64,000 bases of DNA from assembly GCA_012295275.1 (NCBI GenBank), contig CM022674.1:11780001-11844000 (forward strand), written 5' to 3'. Numbering within the stretch: the first letter of the stretch is position 1; every line of letters begins with the position of its first letter. The stretch is from Chrysomallon squamiferum. Taxonomy: Eukaryota > Animalia > Mollusca. The notes beneath the pieces were generated by a model, which worked only from the letters and a program-made list of their open reading frames with translations, did not search any database and was not told where the DNA came from. Below, piece after piece: positions 1 through 15,275 of the stretch. Both the position numbers and the translations under genes were made by a program.

Positions 1-514
1 AATAAAATTAATAGTAATGAAGAAGAAATAAATACTCTTTAGGCTCCATTTTAGTGGAAAGTGCTGATCACAGAATTGTTTTCACTTAAAAGTGTTGACT
101 ACTGCTATAGATCATGAGCAGTCATGCTCAGTGCACCTATTTTTCATCTGTTTTTAATTTAATAATTTTTTTTCGTGCTTATGATAAAGCATATTTTATA
201 TTACAGCCATTTCCATAAACAGAAATTTCAAAGCAATTCAGTCACTACTTCATATCGAATACAAACATATGTGCTCACTGTATTATCAAAATAATATAAA
301 TAAATAAATATTGTTTAATAATAATAATCATCATCATTCTAGAAAAAGTAAAAACAGTTTTACCGTTTTTACATTTTCACGTGCTGTACTTTTGTTAATG
401 ACAAAGATGTCTACAAAAACCAGTGTTGTTTACTTACGTTCAAGTGGACAAAAAAAGAAAGAAAAAAATGTGAATGAAGTTAAAATGAATAATAATAATA
501 ATAATTATTAATAT

Positions 515-552
<38 letters not shown>

Positions 553-679
553 CTGTTTCTTTAATAATAATAATCTGTAATTGTAATTGTATGAGTCACA
601 GAAAAGTCATTCTACTCTTTCGCAGATATAACTAATAGTCATACGAAATTCGAAAATATGCAATGCAAATCGAAATTAA

Positions 680-938
680 ACAGGGAACATAACTCTGTTA
701 TGGCACATATTTGTTATCTACTGGTAAACGTTCTGAAAAATGCACAGTACACTCCTACATTCTTGGCGGAAGTTTGTGAGAGGTGGTCAGTCTGCTACTT
801 CGGAAAAAATAACCGGAAATTACCTCACGGATGATAACTCGATTTCCTTTTATGGGTGACAGTCTTGAGTATTAGGGGCAGACGTCAAATTAAAGACACA
901 TTAAATTCTTTACAAGCAGCTGTGTATCGCAGATGACG
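680..938 (+). promoter_or_regulatory. Putative promoter and non-coding first exon of the LPP/zyxin gene
   Basis: Relatively CpG-rich patch with ETS-like motifs (GGCGGAAGT ~765, ACCGGAAAT ~812). It ends in a strong donor ACG|GTGAGT at 938/939 that can splice to the acceptor at 1409/1410 just before the ATG. Confidence 0.6.
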
Positions 939-1414
939 GTGAGTTTAATGATTTTAATGTAATTTTTAAAATTATTATTGATCTTTTACATCGATAACTG
1001 TTTCAAATAGATGATTTCATTTTAATTTCAATTCGTAATGACTGTACGGTGTACCACTACCAGGCAAGGTTCTCGATCAGTCGAGATACGACGTAGTATC
1101 ACTCACTATATCATGAACTTAAAGACATACATAGTATCTGTATTATTTTATTTTAAATGTGATTTCTGATTTATTTCATTATAAATATTTTTATTTATTA
1201 CTTTTTTATATTATTGAATTAGTACTAAATTAGTTGTGGTACTGGTAGTCTCAGTAATTACTTTTCTACTGAAAATTTCTAAAAGTATATTATTATTACA
1301 TTTCTAAACCAGTAATTTATACTGAATGGACTTATATAACATTAGCCAGAGAATATAATAATTTAACCAGCAGTGTAGTGTAATTTATTTATTTTTATGA
1401 TTTACTCAGACTGA

Positions 1415-3224
1415 ATGAATATGGCATATCAAGGTATTGATCGGGACTTTTCACAGCTGCACATACAAGAAAGGGGAGGTAACAAGATTCCTCCTTCTCT
1501 AGCTCCAAAACCAAAACCTTACAATCCAGCACCAGCACCCTATCAGCCTGGTTTGTATCAGAATCTGTTTTCTTTCTTTTCTTCTCAGTATTGGATATCT
1601 AAATAAATTTCTGTGTACTTGAATGTTATTTACAGTTTGTTTTGTATTTACTTTTTGCATAGCACAAAATATAATGTGTCTGAGGTTTGGTTTCATGTTG
1701 ATCTCAGCTTCTCATATACAGATATATAGGTGAAGTGATAAGCAGTTATGCTTGCAATATCCTTGTTTAGTTTTAGAAATTTCTATTACAAATATGTTTT
1801 TCTAATGCTTTAATACAAATATCTGTTGAAATTAACTCAAAGTATTTTTTTTTTATTTTTTTTCAGGGGGTTCTTCAGGAGGATACAGACAGGTTTACCA
1901 GGAGGCTGATGACTTCCCTCCACCTCCCCCACAAGTACCGTGTGCTGATGATCATTCATATCCACCTCCACCCCCACCCGAACATGTCAGAGGTTACATG
2001 TATCATGATCCACCTGATGACTTCCCTCCACCACCACCAATTTCCTCCCAGGGTTATGAAATAAGGGAGGCTCATTTTGCTGGACCTGGGTCAAGGTCAG
2101 GTAACTATGTCAACCAGCCTTATCGCGATCCACCTGCATCATATAAACCTGACTACAGTCATTCATCATACCCCCACTCAAACCAACAGAGTAACTATAT
2201 GAATATAAACACTGTGACACCAAAAGGTGACAGGAGAGATTACCAGCATTCAGGTTACAAGTCACAGATATCAGATAGACCAGTGCCTGGACCACAGGTT
2301 CCGTCTGGACTAGGACAAGAGGTTGGGTCAAAAGGAAGTCCGGGATCATCGTCCAGTGGGAAGGAGGCTGAGGTAGATGATCTGACAAGATTGCTGATGC
2401 AGAGTATGGAGTCATCGGGTGATCCAGATTTTTTTGGTATGTTCCTGTTATTTCATACTTTATCAATACCAAGAGTTAAATTTCAGTATCCTGTTTTGTT
2501 TGATTTTGTATGATATCCATAAATATTGTATCTGAATGTACAGCAATACATTATTTTGAGGTTTTACACATTAAAATCTTTGTAAAAGTAAATTATATTA
2601 TGTTGGATAATTTACAGTTATCCTGCATTGTTGTAGTGAGAGTGAAATTATTCTGCTTTGTTTGGCTTGTTTAGAAATATTTGTTATTTGTCACAGAATT
2701 ATGATTATGATTATTATTACTATTTTGATTTTTAATATTTTTCTGGTGTTTATAATTTTCATTAGTTTTCTTTTTTCTTTTGTCATTTTTTAAATTGTAT
2801 ATGGTTTTTATTATGAGTATTACTCTAAATTTAAAAGATGAAATTGGTTACATTTTTAAATACTTCATAAACTGATAATAAAACAAGCCATTATCTATGA
2901 AATGAAACAGGTAATTTATGTTTGTTGTTAGGTATGTGTTCAAAGTGTGGTAAGACTGTGTGTGGGGAAAGCAATGGCTGCAAGGCAATGGACCAAGTCT
3001 TCCACATAAACTGTTTCACCTGTATTGGCTGCAGTAAGTTATTATTTTTCCTAATTTCAAAAATTTATTTAATATCTAAATAACAGTTTAAACCTTAAAA
3101 ATATTAACAAATAAATAACAATCATAAAACCCCAGAGGACCATACCTGAGAATCTACTGTTGGGTAGTAGGTCTTTGTCAGTTAGGTAATATTAAAAAAA
3201 ACACACAACAAACACACAACAACA

Positions 3225-3256
<32 letters not shown>

Positions 3257-3950
3257 TAAGAAACAAAATAATTTAAGTCACTGTGATAAAAGTTTTAAAT
3301 ATTGTTTTTATCAGGCACATATAAAATAATTTGTATCTATCTATAATTTATTTTCCATTGACTGTTTAATGTTAATGACATTACTTTTGTATAAAATGTT
3401 GCTTGTAATAAGCTATTATTACTATTATTATAATATTATTATTTATTTATTTATTTATTTATTATTATATTATTATTATTTATACTTCTGCAGATGTTCA
3501 GTTGCAAGGAAAAACATTTTTCCAGTTAGAAAACAAACCCTACTGTGAGCCATGTTACATGGTGAGTACAACATTTCATTTATACCTTTATTAAGATAAT
3601 TTAACAATTTAAATTTGTCCATATTTTTTAATCTTGCCAAAATACTATGATCTGTAACTTTATTTTGATAACCTGTTTTTGATAGAGAATGTGTGTACCA
3701 TAGAATACACTTATTAACTGAACTTTGATCCAAGTACTTCTTTTTCACAGAGTCAATTTGTCTTTTATTCAGTGACATTTTTTTCTTTGATTTTAACAAA
3801 CTGAACAGTGTATTTAAAATAAACATATTAATCTGGCCTATAAGCATATGAGCACAAGAATGAAGTCACTGATGCTATGAAATATAATTTTTTTTCTTTT
3901 TAGCATGTGCATTATTATTATTATTATCGTTATTATTGTTGTTGTTATTC

Positions 3951-4003
<53 letters not shown>

Positions 4004-5944
4004 TCTTTTTAACAGTTTGAAAGGTAAAGTAATTATAAATAAACTTTAATACAAATGCACAATTTCTGTTACAGAATACTTTGGAAAAATGCTCTATCTG
4101 CTCCAAACCAATTACAGACCGGGTGAGTCTTCAATGCATTTTCAGTTTTTAGTATCCTTATTAAATTTTAATTATCTTTACATTTTATTAAGCCAGTTGT
4201 TTACATATATATAAAAAAAATGTTAACATTTTTTTAATCTTTTTAAATGATAAGATTAAATTGGAGGTCTGTTATCCATTTTCCTATATGTTGATGCCTT
4301 ACAAGCCAGTGTTTATAAATTACAAGAGGTGAAATGAAGTATAATGAAATTTTTGTTTCGCAGCTGTTGCGAGCCACTGGCAAGCCATATCACCCTGACT
4401 GTTTCGTCTGTGTTGTCTGTGGTAAGAGTCTCGATGGTGTTCCATTCACTGTCGATGCTACAAACCAGATTCACTGCATTGAGGACTTCCACAAGTATGT
4501 TCAAATTTTGATGTTACTTTATTTGATTATAGTAGAGTATACTTCTTTTCTCATTATAATGACTGCATGAACAATCTTCTGCTTGATACAGTAATTAAAA
4601 TGAATCTTCTTTGCTCATGTTTTTTAACATCTGTAGAAGATAATTAAATAAATGAACATTTAGCAAACTTCTTTTTAATAAATGTACAGGGAAGAATAAA
4701 CAAAGCCTTTTTTTGCCTTGTATATTTCCATGTGTTTTCAATAGCCATGTTTAAGAAAAGTGTGGCTGGTTTAATACAGCCTGATTATAAGCAGGAAAGG
4801 ACAGCCATTTATTATTCACCAGTCTTTGTTGTGATGGATTTCTGTTTCAAAGTTGTTTAAACTGTGATTAATGACTGACTTATTTATTTATTGATTTCTT
4901 TCATTTGTGCATATCATTCGTCTATTCATTTTACAACTTTATTCATTTCATTAAATTATTCATTTCATTCATCTATTTATTTCATTAATTTATTCATATT
5001 GATTTATTTATTTCATCTATTCATTTCATTAATTTATTTTTCATCTATTCATTTCACTAATTTATTCATTCATTTCATTCATTTATTCATTTCAGTCATC
5101 TATTCATTTATTTATTTAATCTTTTTTTTAATACAGGAAATTTGCACCTCGTTGCTGTGTTTGCCAGATGCCCATCATGCCAGACAAAGGCCAGGAAGAA
5201 ACTGTACGCATTGTTGCTATGGACAGAAGTTTCCATGTTGACTGTTACCGATGTGAAGTAAGTTACTACACAGTTTTTACTGATTAAGTCATGCCTTGGA
5301 TAAGAGCCACCCCAGTAATGTGTCCAAGTAATTGTTTTATTTGTACTTTACAGTTAATTAATTCAAAGAAAGTATAACACTAAAATATGTCACTTCATTC
5401 ATAGAAATAAAAATCACTTTGACAGACTGAGTAAATCATTTTAGAATTGCTATTTTTATTGTTAGTGAGTGATTTTTCTTTTTACTATTCTTATTATTTT
5501 TATTTCATTTTTTACATTTATTTGTATAAAAACAAAGAATATGTCTGCCTCTTCATAACAAAAAATAATTCACACTCCATTTATTTTATTATCAGCTAAG
5601 GTTTATGTCCAGTAACATACATAAATCAAATTTAAACAAATTTTAAACAGCCTCTGTGTACCATAACAAAAAATCAAACATATTGTTATACTCTGTTATT
5701 AACAAAGGTTGTTGGCCATTAACATATAAAAACATAAGTTGCAAATATACCATGTCTAAGTTTTTTGTATCATCATAAAGATGTGCATAAAATAGTTTTT
5801 TTGATTTTCTAGGACTGTGGTCTTCAGCTGTCATCTGAAGCAGAAGGGCGGGGCTGTTACCCACTGGATGATCACATTCTGTGTAAGAACTGCAATGCAA
5901 GGAGGATTCAGCACATGACAACGAAGATGGCAACCGAACTGTAG
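1415..5944 (+). CDS. LPP: Zyxin/LPP/TRIP6-family triple-LIM focal adhesion protein (LPP-like), ~435 aa
   Basis: Coding exons 1415-1550, 1867-2436, 2932-3033, 3494-3561, 4075-4122, 4364-4494, 5137-5257, 5813-5944 have GT-AG ends and compatible phases (1308 nt). Protein: DFPPPPP (EVH1/ActA-type) motifs, NES-like EVDDLTRLLM, three LIM domains (CSKCGK..FHINCFTCIGC; CSICSK..YHPDCFVCVVC; CCVCQM..FHVDCYRCEDC..HILCKNC) and a C-terminal PDZ-binding -TEL like LPP's -TDL. Confidence 0.93.
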
Positions 5945-8900
5945 ACAGGCCATTTTAATCTTAGATACTCTAAATCATGCAGTTCCTGCTATAAACCATG
6001 CAAGAACAATGTGTAGTTGCTTTTCTGAAATCCTCTCTGGGTCATAAGATGTCCCCTTAATTATAACATTTTTTTTACAGTAATTTAAGTAATATTTTTG
6101 AGCAGTATATCAGACTCTATCTTGTAGTTTTTATAGAAATTGTGCTTGGAAAACATACTGATGTCCCTACATTTATAATTGTTTCATACAAGGAAAATAT
6201 ACTGGCCAGTTAACACAATTTTGTTTTTATTTTTTATTGAATCATGTATGAACAGCATATTGGCTTCTGAATTTTATCAGTTTTTGTGAAAATGATGTTT
6301 AGCGAAATGTTGGCCCCTTCATTTTACAGTCTTTGCTGATATCGAGTACAGGCAATGTTTTGGCTGCTGAAATTTAGGTTTTTGTGAAAATTCTATTTAA
6401 TGTATTATTTACTTTCTTTAGGTTGTTGCTTTTGTCATCTTTTATGTAGCAGATGGAAAAAACAACAATAAAATTCAGTGATTGGAGAGATTTTTCTTTC
6501 AGTCTGAATTCAATAAGTAAATGTATTTTGTAATTGGTCACAAAAGAAAGGACAAATTATAATCAAAGTTGCTTTCCAATCTGTGAAAAAACCAAAACAA
6601 TCTATTATGAAACCTTTAGTGCTTTCACATTTAAACTTGTGGCTTGTCATGTGTTCTTCCAATCTTTAGATGGTCGAGTTTTTTCCACAATTTTATGTGG
6701 TTTGAGGATACCTTGATGTTAATGTCACTGCGATTATTGTGTGAATTTCTTCCATTTCAGTTTTGTTTTTACTTTTATTATTATCCTGTTGGGTTTTGTT
6801 TTCTTTTTTTCTTGTTTTTTGTTTTAATACATTGAATATAAAATCTTGAGAGTCGTAATATCCACTCCAACACCACCAGGTTTACTTGAATAGTGGTTTT
6901 GCTTGCTTCATTTCCAAATCTGACAATTTAAATATTATGAAGTAGTAGTATAACAAATGTCTCAGCATACTAATACCAAGTTATTTTAATGACATTTTTT
7001 ACCAAAAATATTCTACAAATATATCTAGATTTGTCTTATGCTACTTTTAATAGTTGTTAACATATTTCAGTTCTCATAGTTTCATGTCTTGTTTTATGTT
7101 TGACTGTTTTTTTGCCTGTTAATATTTACATATACAATTTAGAGTTTAAGTTTTAAAATATACAATAATTATTTAGAAATTTATACCTATCTACGAAAAT
7201 TTTTACATCACTATAAAAAGAGCTCATCCTTAAACTACCTTACAGAAATATTGGTTAAATATATTTTAAATATTACAGAAATCAGTGCTTTGTTAAATAT
7301 TAATTTCTTGACCAAGTCATTTGTTTTCACAAATATATGGAATGCTGCATTTTGCTGTGGCAGTTCATAATTACTTGGTATATCTGTTTATATTATTTTT
7401 ATTTAGAGTTATTTAGTTTTTTTAAAACAATTCACCTCTTGACATCCAGTTACTCCCTCAGATGTCCTTCCATCATATAACAATAAAAGATCATGAAATT
7501 TAAGTCTACACCAATCCTGTTCTCTAACAGATTTTTTTTTTTTTTAAATTTGTTTTAGTTCTGTTTTAAAGATGATATTTGATACAGCTATTATCTTCCT
7601 TATTGTTGAGATTTTGTTGCTGATCTTGCACAAAACATGACAACAGTTATTTTATTAATATGTTATCTAAAACATATATATAATCATGATGCCAGTCCTA
7701 AAATGATTTTAACAAATAATCACTGATTATATTCATCATTGTTAAAGTTCTAGTCAGTAGTACATATCTTTTAAATTCATCTCAGTATATATTCTAATTT
7801 GTGTGTGTTCTTTGAAATTTCTTTATAGAAATTTCTGGACCCATTTTTTTCTTATATATATACATTTTTGTTTTTGAAGCAAGTTGGTGAAATAGAAAAA
7901 CGTTTTATTTTTGTGTGTTCTTTTTAGTTACATGTGACACTTTCATACAAAGCTAGATTCTTATTTTTACAGTTTTGAATAATGTGCTCCACTAACACAG
8001 AAACCTTCACTAATTAGTTATTTTTTAACAAGACTTTTAAAATATAAAATTAATTCATTTTAGAAATAATTTCAAAAGAAAATAGGGCATGATCTGCATA
8101 TTTAGATATGCATGTATTCATTAGTTTACATTTATTAAATTATTTTAATTTCATACATACCTCTGTTGCAGGATATAACAAGTAAAGATAATTATTTTCA
8201 TATTTATTTCTCACATTTACCTACATTAGTGCTATCTTAAAGCATGCTCCAGCACATGTTAGTAAATAAATAAATAAATAAATGATAATGATAAATACTC
8301 AGAAAACAGATTACAATTTACATATTTACATTTGTTATAATTATGAACTGATATATATATTTATTATTGTCTGTCACAATTTATAAATGAAAGTTAATAT
8401 TTCTGTTATACAGGTGTTACACAAATGTTGAAATTTCCTTCATTTCTTATAATGTGTTGCCCTTTGTTGCCTGTAGACGCTATCAGAATATGTTTACCAT
8501 ACTACTGTTCCTTATTTTGTCAGATTACTATTGTTAATTTCATCAGACAGATTTTATTCTTAAGACAGATTTCTGTTGCACATTATAAATCTTTCTCTGA
8601 CTGCCTTACTTGTTTATATATTATTTATTTTTCTACAGAAGAAAAAACATTGTTGGTACTGGCATCTTATTTTTGTTGGTGTGTTTACACTGTAACAGAA
8701 AAATATATGTACACAAGTTGAACATAATTGGCATTTTTATAATTTATACTGCTGTACTTTAAATATACTTTTCTCATTAATGTATAAGCATGCTGGATTA
8801 TGAATGTAACTTTGTTGTTTTAGTAAGAAAATTATCACAATCATTATTTATTTTCTTTCAGCTACTGTAATTTTCTTATCTAGCTGTCTGTAGTAATAGA

Positions 8901-10638
8901 TCATCATCATCATCATTTGTATTATTGTTACTATTATTATTATTATTTTCAGTTATTGTAGTACACAAATTGTCTATAGAAAAAAATAAAAATAAATAAC
9001 TAAGAAAGGAAGAATAAAACACTGGAAGCAATTAAAACTATTTACAGAAACAAGAGATGGCATTTTTCTAAGAACAATGTGAAGAAAATTTAATGCATAA
9101 AAAAAGTTGTTATAGATATTTTTGGGTAAATGTATTCTATCTAGAAAAATGTAATTTTGTTCTTAAATCCAGTTTTCAGAGTATAAAATAAATAAAATCA
9201 GAGTTAAATTACATAGTGTACATGTATTCATCTTCGCTAGGTTCACAAACTGTTGTTTGGTTAGGAAATATACTATACGCTGATTTGTTACAGGGTATGA
9301 GAGTAGTTTGCTGAACATGGATTTGAAATTACTTTTTAAAATTATTTTTTTTAGAAATAGTAATGCAATTTTGTTTTATCAGTTTTTGTCACATGTCTCT
9401 GTAAATGATAGCTTGGCATAATAAATATTAATATTTATAATAAAAAGAAAATTTGTGGGTTATTTTGAAGAAAATTGATATTAAACTGTATCTTTTTATA
9501 TGAATAAATAACCTGCATAATTTCACGTCACTGTTTTGTTTCTCACCATTAATCTAAATGAAAGGCTTAAAATAATAAAACACACCTTTGTGTGTGCACT
9601 TACGCACACACAGACACACACGCACACGCACGCACACATGCACACACATATATAAAGAAGTAACAAATATTTTATTTATGACTATACTTTTAATAATAAA
9701 ATTAAATTTATGTATATATCCGACTTTTATTCAAAGATTTTAATAAGTTAGGCAGTTATTTACAGCTAATTATATTAAACTTTAATCATTGCTAAATCAT
9801 AGATAATCATTAATAATAGAAAGATAGAGACAAGAATTTCCAGTGTTTGTTTTATTTAGTTAACTAATAATTTTTCTGATAATACGATATAAAAATAACA
9901 GAAAAGGCATTTTAGAATATACAACACGAAGTAACACACTTCACTTATGATTATAATAACTTTAATAACAGGAGAAAAGCAAGCATGACAAGATAAAATA
10001 TAAAATAATAACACAGTATGTTCTTTATTTAATGTTTCTAATGAGAAGCTTGGCAATTGTATACAATTAATAAAATTCAAGTTTTAATAGTTGCAAGTCA
10101 CAGCTGAATCATAGACAATGATTAATAATGATTATTAAATATTTATTTATAAGGAGTCTAAACTCTATTTTATTTTATTTTTATTTATATATATTTTTTT
10201 AAGTTATTGTTTCATATATAATTGTTTTGGGTGGTATATTTATTTGAAAAGTATATCTTGTGCTTTAATTTATTAGTAATGGTTAGTCTGTGCCTTCATA
10301 CAAGATATTTCAATTTCAGTCACAAAGCTCAGTAATTTAAAATTGTTGTTGATGAAATTTCTTTTGGACAATTTGTCTCTGCACAGTTTCTAATTAATGA
10401 AATCAAGATAGTATGAATAAAGGGTTAGCTAAAATTTAATACAGGAATTAAAGAATCAATCAAAAACAATCAATCAATAAATCAATAAAAACAAAAAATG
10501 TGTTGTTGTTTTTTGTGTACTTTGACTCTTATAATCTTGTCAAGATGTAATCGTTTACCGTAAATTTTAAACATCCGTATATAATCCATAACACGTATAA
10601 CATTTTGTAATAACCAACACCCATTGGTCAGATAGCTG

Positions 10639-10686
<48 letters not shown>

Positions 10687-10719
10687 GTTCAGTATGAATT
10701 CTGGAGGTTCGACTTGCAT

Positions 10720-12043
10720 ACAAGTGAAGTCTGAAGTAAGGCTATTTTCTGTATTTACAAGTATCTTAAATCTCTACTGTTTTTGTTTCGTTTTGCTATG
10801 GATATCAAATTTAGTTTCATCTACTTTTGCAGATGTTGCTGACAGTGACTCTTCGCCGATTCCGTAGGTTGATTCTCCGCCATCGAACTCGTCGCACTCT
10901 CGTTTCTTTTATTTGTGTCATTTTCACTCTCTTCTGAAGTATGACTGCTTAATCAAGTTAATGTCGTCTGCTTTTCCTCCTGTGCGTTTTACATTCTCTG
11001 ATGAAGTGATTTCCGATCTTCACCGTCACTATTTTCCGATTTGTCTGCTTTCGTAATGTTATCTGTTAATGCTTCGTCTGCATTCGTTTTCTTTGTGTCG
11101 TCTGTTACTAAATCATTCTTCTTTATCTCGTCAGTGACCGGAGGGACAGTGGATGTGACGTCATTTACAGAAGCCAAACCAGCGCCATTTTCTGATTGGC
11201 CTAGTTCCAGTCCACCTTTGCCTTCTTCGTTTTCTTCAACACTGCTTTTTCAGTTTTTACTCTCACATATTTTTTAATGGACTTGAGGAACGTGGCGACT
11301 AGTCGTTTTCTGTGTTAAGAAAACAGGACGATTTTAGTTGCACGATTTCAATAACATTTACAATATATGCAGGCCTATAGTTATATATTCTGTGTGTGTG
11401 AATGTGTGTGTAGCAGACACAGAGCAAGATATTTAACGCATAAATTAACTACACAATTTCTATATATATACAAAAATTACAAGAAGGCAGGGTAGTTAAA
11501 ACACATTATCCAGTATAAATAATAAAAGAAAAAGATTACACAAACTTTTCTTTTGTTTCTGTCTTTGGTTCTTCTGACGGATTTGAGTTTCCAGGCTGAT
11601 CTGTTTCATCTCCTCTTTTTTCTCGTGACTCCGAAGAACTACATTCATCTGGTGAATTCAGATCTACAACAACGAATTCCTGGTTACCAGCGCCCGATTC
11701 CTTTGTTTTCTGAGTCAGTTCATCCGTATGGTTTGAGACCACATCGGCTTTGTCGTCAGAATCCTTCCTGAGGTGACAACAGTGAAAAAAGAACCCAAAC
11801 GTGAATCAAAGATATCACAGTACGGTGGTTAATGTGTTGCTATATTTCAGCTTATTTAATGAGTACGTGTGAGCATGTTTCTGAAATGTGTTTATGAGTG
11901 AAAAGACGTACAGACAGAAAGACGTCCAGAAAGATACTGTTTTAAAAGGATTAGAAAATCACACAAAACAAGATGGTTTAATTCGACCTGTCAAAAAATA
12001 TTTAATCACTTGTTGTTATTATTATTTCAAAGATATCCCTGTT

Positions 12044-12105
<62 letters not shown>

Positions 12106-13575
12106 ATAAATATTAATAAATAAGTAAATAAATAAATAAAATAAAATAAATAAAGTAAAACAAAATTAACATTTCTTTGTCGTCTGCCTTTGTTACTTTG
12201 GTCTGTTCCTTGATTTCAGAATGCTATTACTACAACAACTACTACTACTTTTTCAACAATAATATTATTGCCAGCGCAACTGCTATTACAACAACTACTA
12301 CTACTACGTTTTGAAAAATAATATTGTTACTACTGCTACTGCTATTACTACTACTACTACTGCAGACAGGACTATCACAACTGATATTTAGTATCGCTGC
12401 AACTGCTAACACGATAATAATTACTATTATATTTTTATAATATGGTTTCTAATTAATAATACTTATCATTATGATAATAGAACAAGAAGTTGACGATGAT
12501 GTACCGGCGCAGACATCTTCCCATATTTTGACCTGACGTCGTTTCGTAAATGCATTTTATTGATAAATCCAAACTACAGGACAGATATAAATGATTTTCT
12601 CTGTTCAGTTTGTTTCTATAGTTTCAGTACGAAATGATGTCACGATAAAAATTAGAATGTTAACTCGTCTTTGTCTTCATGAAAATGTTATTTTGTTATG
12701 TTATTTATGTTTTTAGTATATAATAAAGAATGGTCTCCATAAACCATTAAAGCAATAGTCATTACTGCTAATACGAAAAATTTATAATTAAAACAATTGA
12801 TGGAAAGATGGATAGCTAGAAAGACTGTTTTATATATCTGATAAACAAAGGTTTATTAAATAAATTTACTTTTCTGATGCAACTTTGGTTGGCTCAGTCT
12901 GGATAGTTTCCACTCCTGCTTGACTCTTTTGTGAAGATGTATTTTCCTCTGCTGAGCTGAGATCCACCGTACAAGCATCGTCATGTCTGTCTAGGCTGGA
13001 TACTATTTGTTTGAGACTTAACAACTTTGGTTTCTTGCAATAGCCGTGTTGAAATAGGATGAATATTAAAAAGAATAGTAGGATGAATGCTATACTGAGC
13101 GACAAAGAAAATGCCAAAACTCCGAATTTTCCGAAAGTGCTTTCATATGCTGAGTCAGAAGCCTGTGTAGTTGACTCAGTTGAAGCAGCTGCCGATGACG
13201 ACCCATGGCTTACAGCCACAACTAAAATTAGTATGAAAACATCATTTTTAGCGTTGTTGTTGTTGTTATTGTTGTATTATTTATCTATATATTTTGTGAA
13301 TAAAAATAAATAAATAAATAATTAAATAAATAAATAAATAAATAAATAAACTCACTTTAAATGCAGACACATGCACACATTAATATATCTATATAATACT
13401 ATTAGTTTTTACATTGTGGATGTAATATAATTAGGCTGATTTATTTTGACATACAGGTTGGAATAGGAAAATTAACACTTCTCAAAAACCAATTTACAAA
13501 TGACTTTTGCAGTATGTTTGTATGTACGTAATAAATCATTGGGCTAAAGCGATATATATATATATATATATATAC

Positions 13576-13618
<43 letters not shown>

Positions 13619-13632
13619 CATACATATACATA

Positions 13633-13710
<78 letters not shown>

Positions 13711-13822
13711 AAGCAGGACTGAACCAATAACGTAGAGTTTTAATTCCAGTGAATTTTTGTGTTGCATCACTTAGACCCGATTTTGATTTCACCATGAATA
13801 GGCATACATATACACACAATCG

Positions 13823-13853
<31 letters not shown>

Positions 13854-13862
13854 GTTGTTGTT

Positions 13863-13896
<34 letters not shown>

Positions 13897-14259
13897 TCAT
13901 TTAGCGTACACTGGTAACAACAAACAATAATTTAAATGTTGAAGCAAAGAATCGATACATGTAAGTGATAGCATCAGCTTTCCCGATCCAACGGATATCA
14001 CACGACTGATTAATCAAAGAGCAAGAAATATATAAAAGCCTTTTTTTTTTGGTACCCACTCTTTTAGTTGCTGATAAAAGTTGACCCGCTGCTAAAGGAA
14101 GAGAGTCACCCACGGATTAGTGACAGCTTGTTTTCTCGCCTGTTATCATTACTGTTAATCTGTGTCATTACTGTTAATCTGTGTTTCTCGACTTCTGAGA
14201 TCATTACATGTATTCACTGCGATGGGCATATATTTACCTTTCATTATAACATTAATTTT

Positions 14260-14310
<51 letters not shown>

Positions 14311-14701
14311 TATTCATCTGTTTATTTTGAATCAGATACATAGGTGTATATATATATGACTGTGTGCGTGCAACTGTCTCTCTCTGTGTGTATGTTTCGT
14401 CCCACTCTCAGATCATTTAGAACAAGCTGCCTATAACTGATAAATCTTAAAAGTAAATAATCATTTAATCAAAAAGAAATCTCTCTAAATGAAAACTACA
14501 ATTACAAACAACAACAAAGATGATGATGATCATCATCATCATAATAATAAAGTCCTCATAATCATCGTTACTATTATCATCTTAGTACTAATAATATCAT
14601 AACTTGTTCATGGGAAAAACATTAATAAAAAAAAAAAAAAAAAAAAAAATTATATTAAACTCACATGTTCCAAGCAGAATTATAGAAAAAAACTTTTCCA
14701 T
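10720..14701 (-). CDS. Mucin-like type-I membrane protein, paralogue 1 (short ectodomain; last exon frameshifted)
   Basis: Signal exon 14701-14665 ([12 protein letters not shown]|GTGAGT); exon 13221-12870 (short S/T ectodomain, [30 protein letters not shown]); exon 11767-11546; last exon from 11309 has a 1-nt deletion in an A-run (~11246-11250) and stops at 11201. The unspliced short form ends at TAA 12866 (~130 aa). Confidence 0.7.
13552..13710. repeat. (TA)n/(TACA)n compound microsatellite
   Basis: Direct reading; it explains the IYIY ORFs. Confidence 0.95.
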
Positions 14702-15099
14702 TTTAATAAATTATTTTGAGTACTATCCAGTTCGATGTCAGTATTATAAAGTGACGAAGGGAAAACACTAACAGTTGTTTTTAATTAGTGATAGATTTAT
14801 TTGAATGACGTCACTGAAATCCTTTGTTAATATACAGCGGACTGTAGATTAACATCTATTATATCAGAAATGTAATATGAGTATTTTAATCCGCTTGAAA
14901 AAAAAAATAGAGTCTATTGTTATGTAATACGATCTATTCAGTTATTCTATACAGTGTTTTTTGTATGACGTGTTAGTAACAGAAACACACACACACAGAC
15001 AGATATACTTTATTAATGCATCAAACAAATATATATATGTATACATATATGTATGTCTCTCTGTGTGTGTGTGTTTTGTGAAATGTTAAAATAAACTTA

Positions 15100-15275
15100 A
15101 CAGGGAGGTTACTCTCGGTTGTAAATCGTGACGAGATTGGAGTTTGAAAAGTGTTTGGACATTTAAATTGTTAAATATTTTATTTTGAATAATGAATTAC
15201 ATTTTAAAATGATCCTACGTCAATCGGAATTTTTAATTGCTGTAATGATTAAATATCGACCTTAGGTATACGTAG
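15100..15275 (+). pseudogene. Degenerate copy of the SRPRB 5' region/exon 1
   Basis: Matches the reverse complement of ~58690-58885 (GGGAGGTTACTC..GTTGTAAATCGTGACGAGATTGG..ATGAATTACATT..GATCCTAC..TTAG|GTATAC). Has an internal deletion and an early TGA. Confidence 0.85.

Noticed and set aside
5945-10600. Short ORFs downstream of LPP (6534, 6644, 8425, 9856)
   Set aside because: AT-rich UTR/intergenic sequence with no coding signature or recognisable domains.
13441-13900. IY/YI-rich ORFs (also poly-L, poly-I, poly-N, ER and HT ORFs elsewhere)
   Set aside because: Microsatellite translations.
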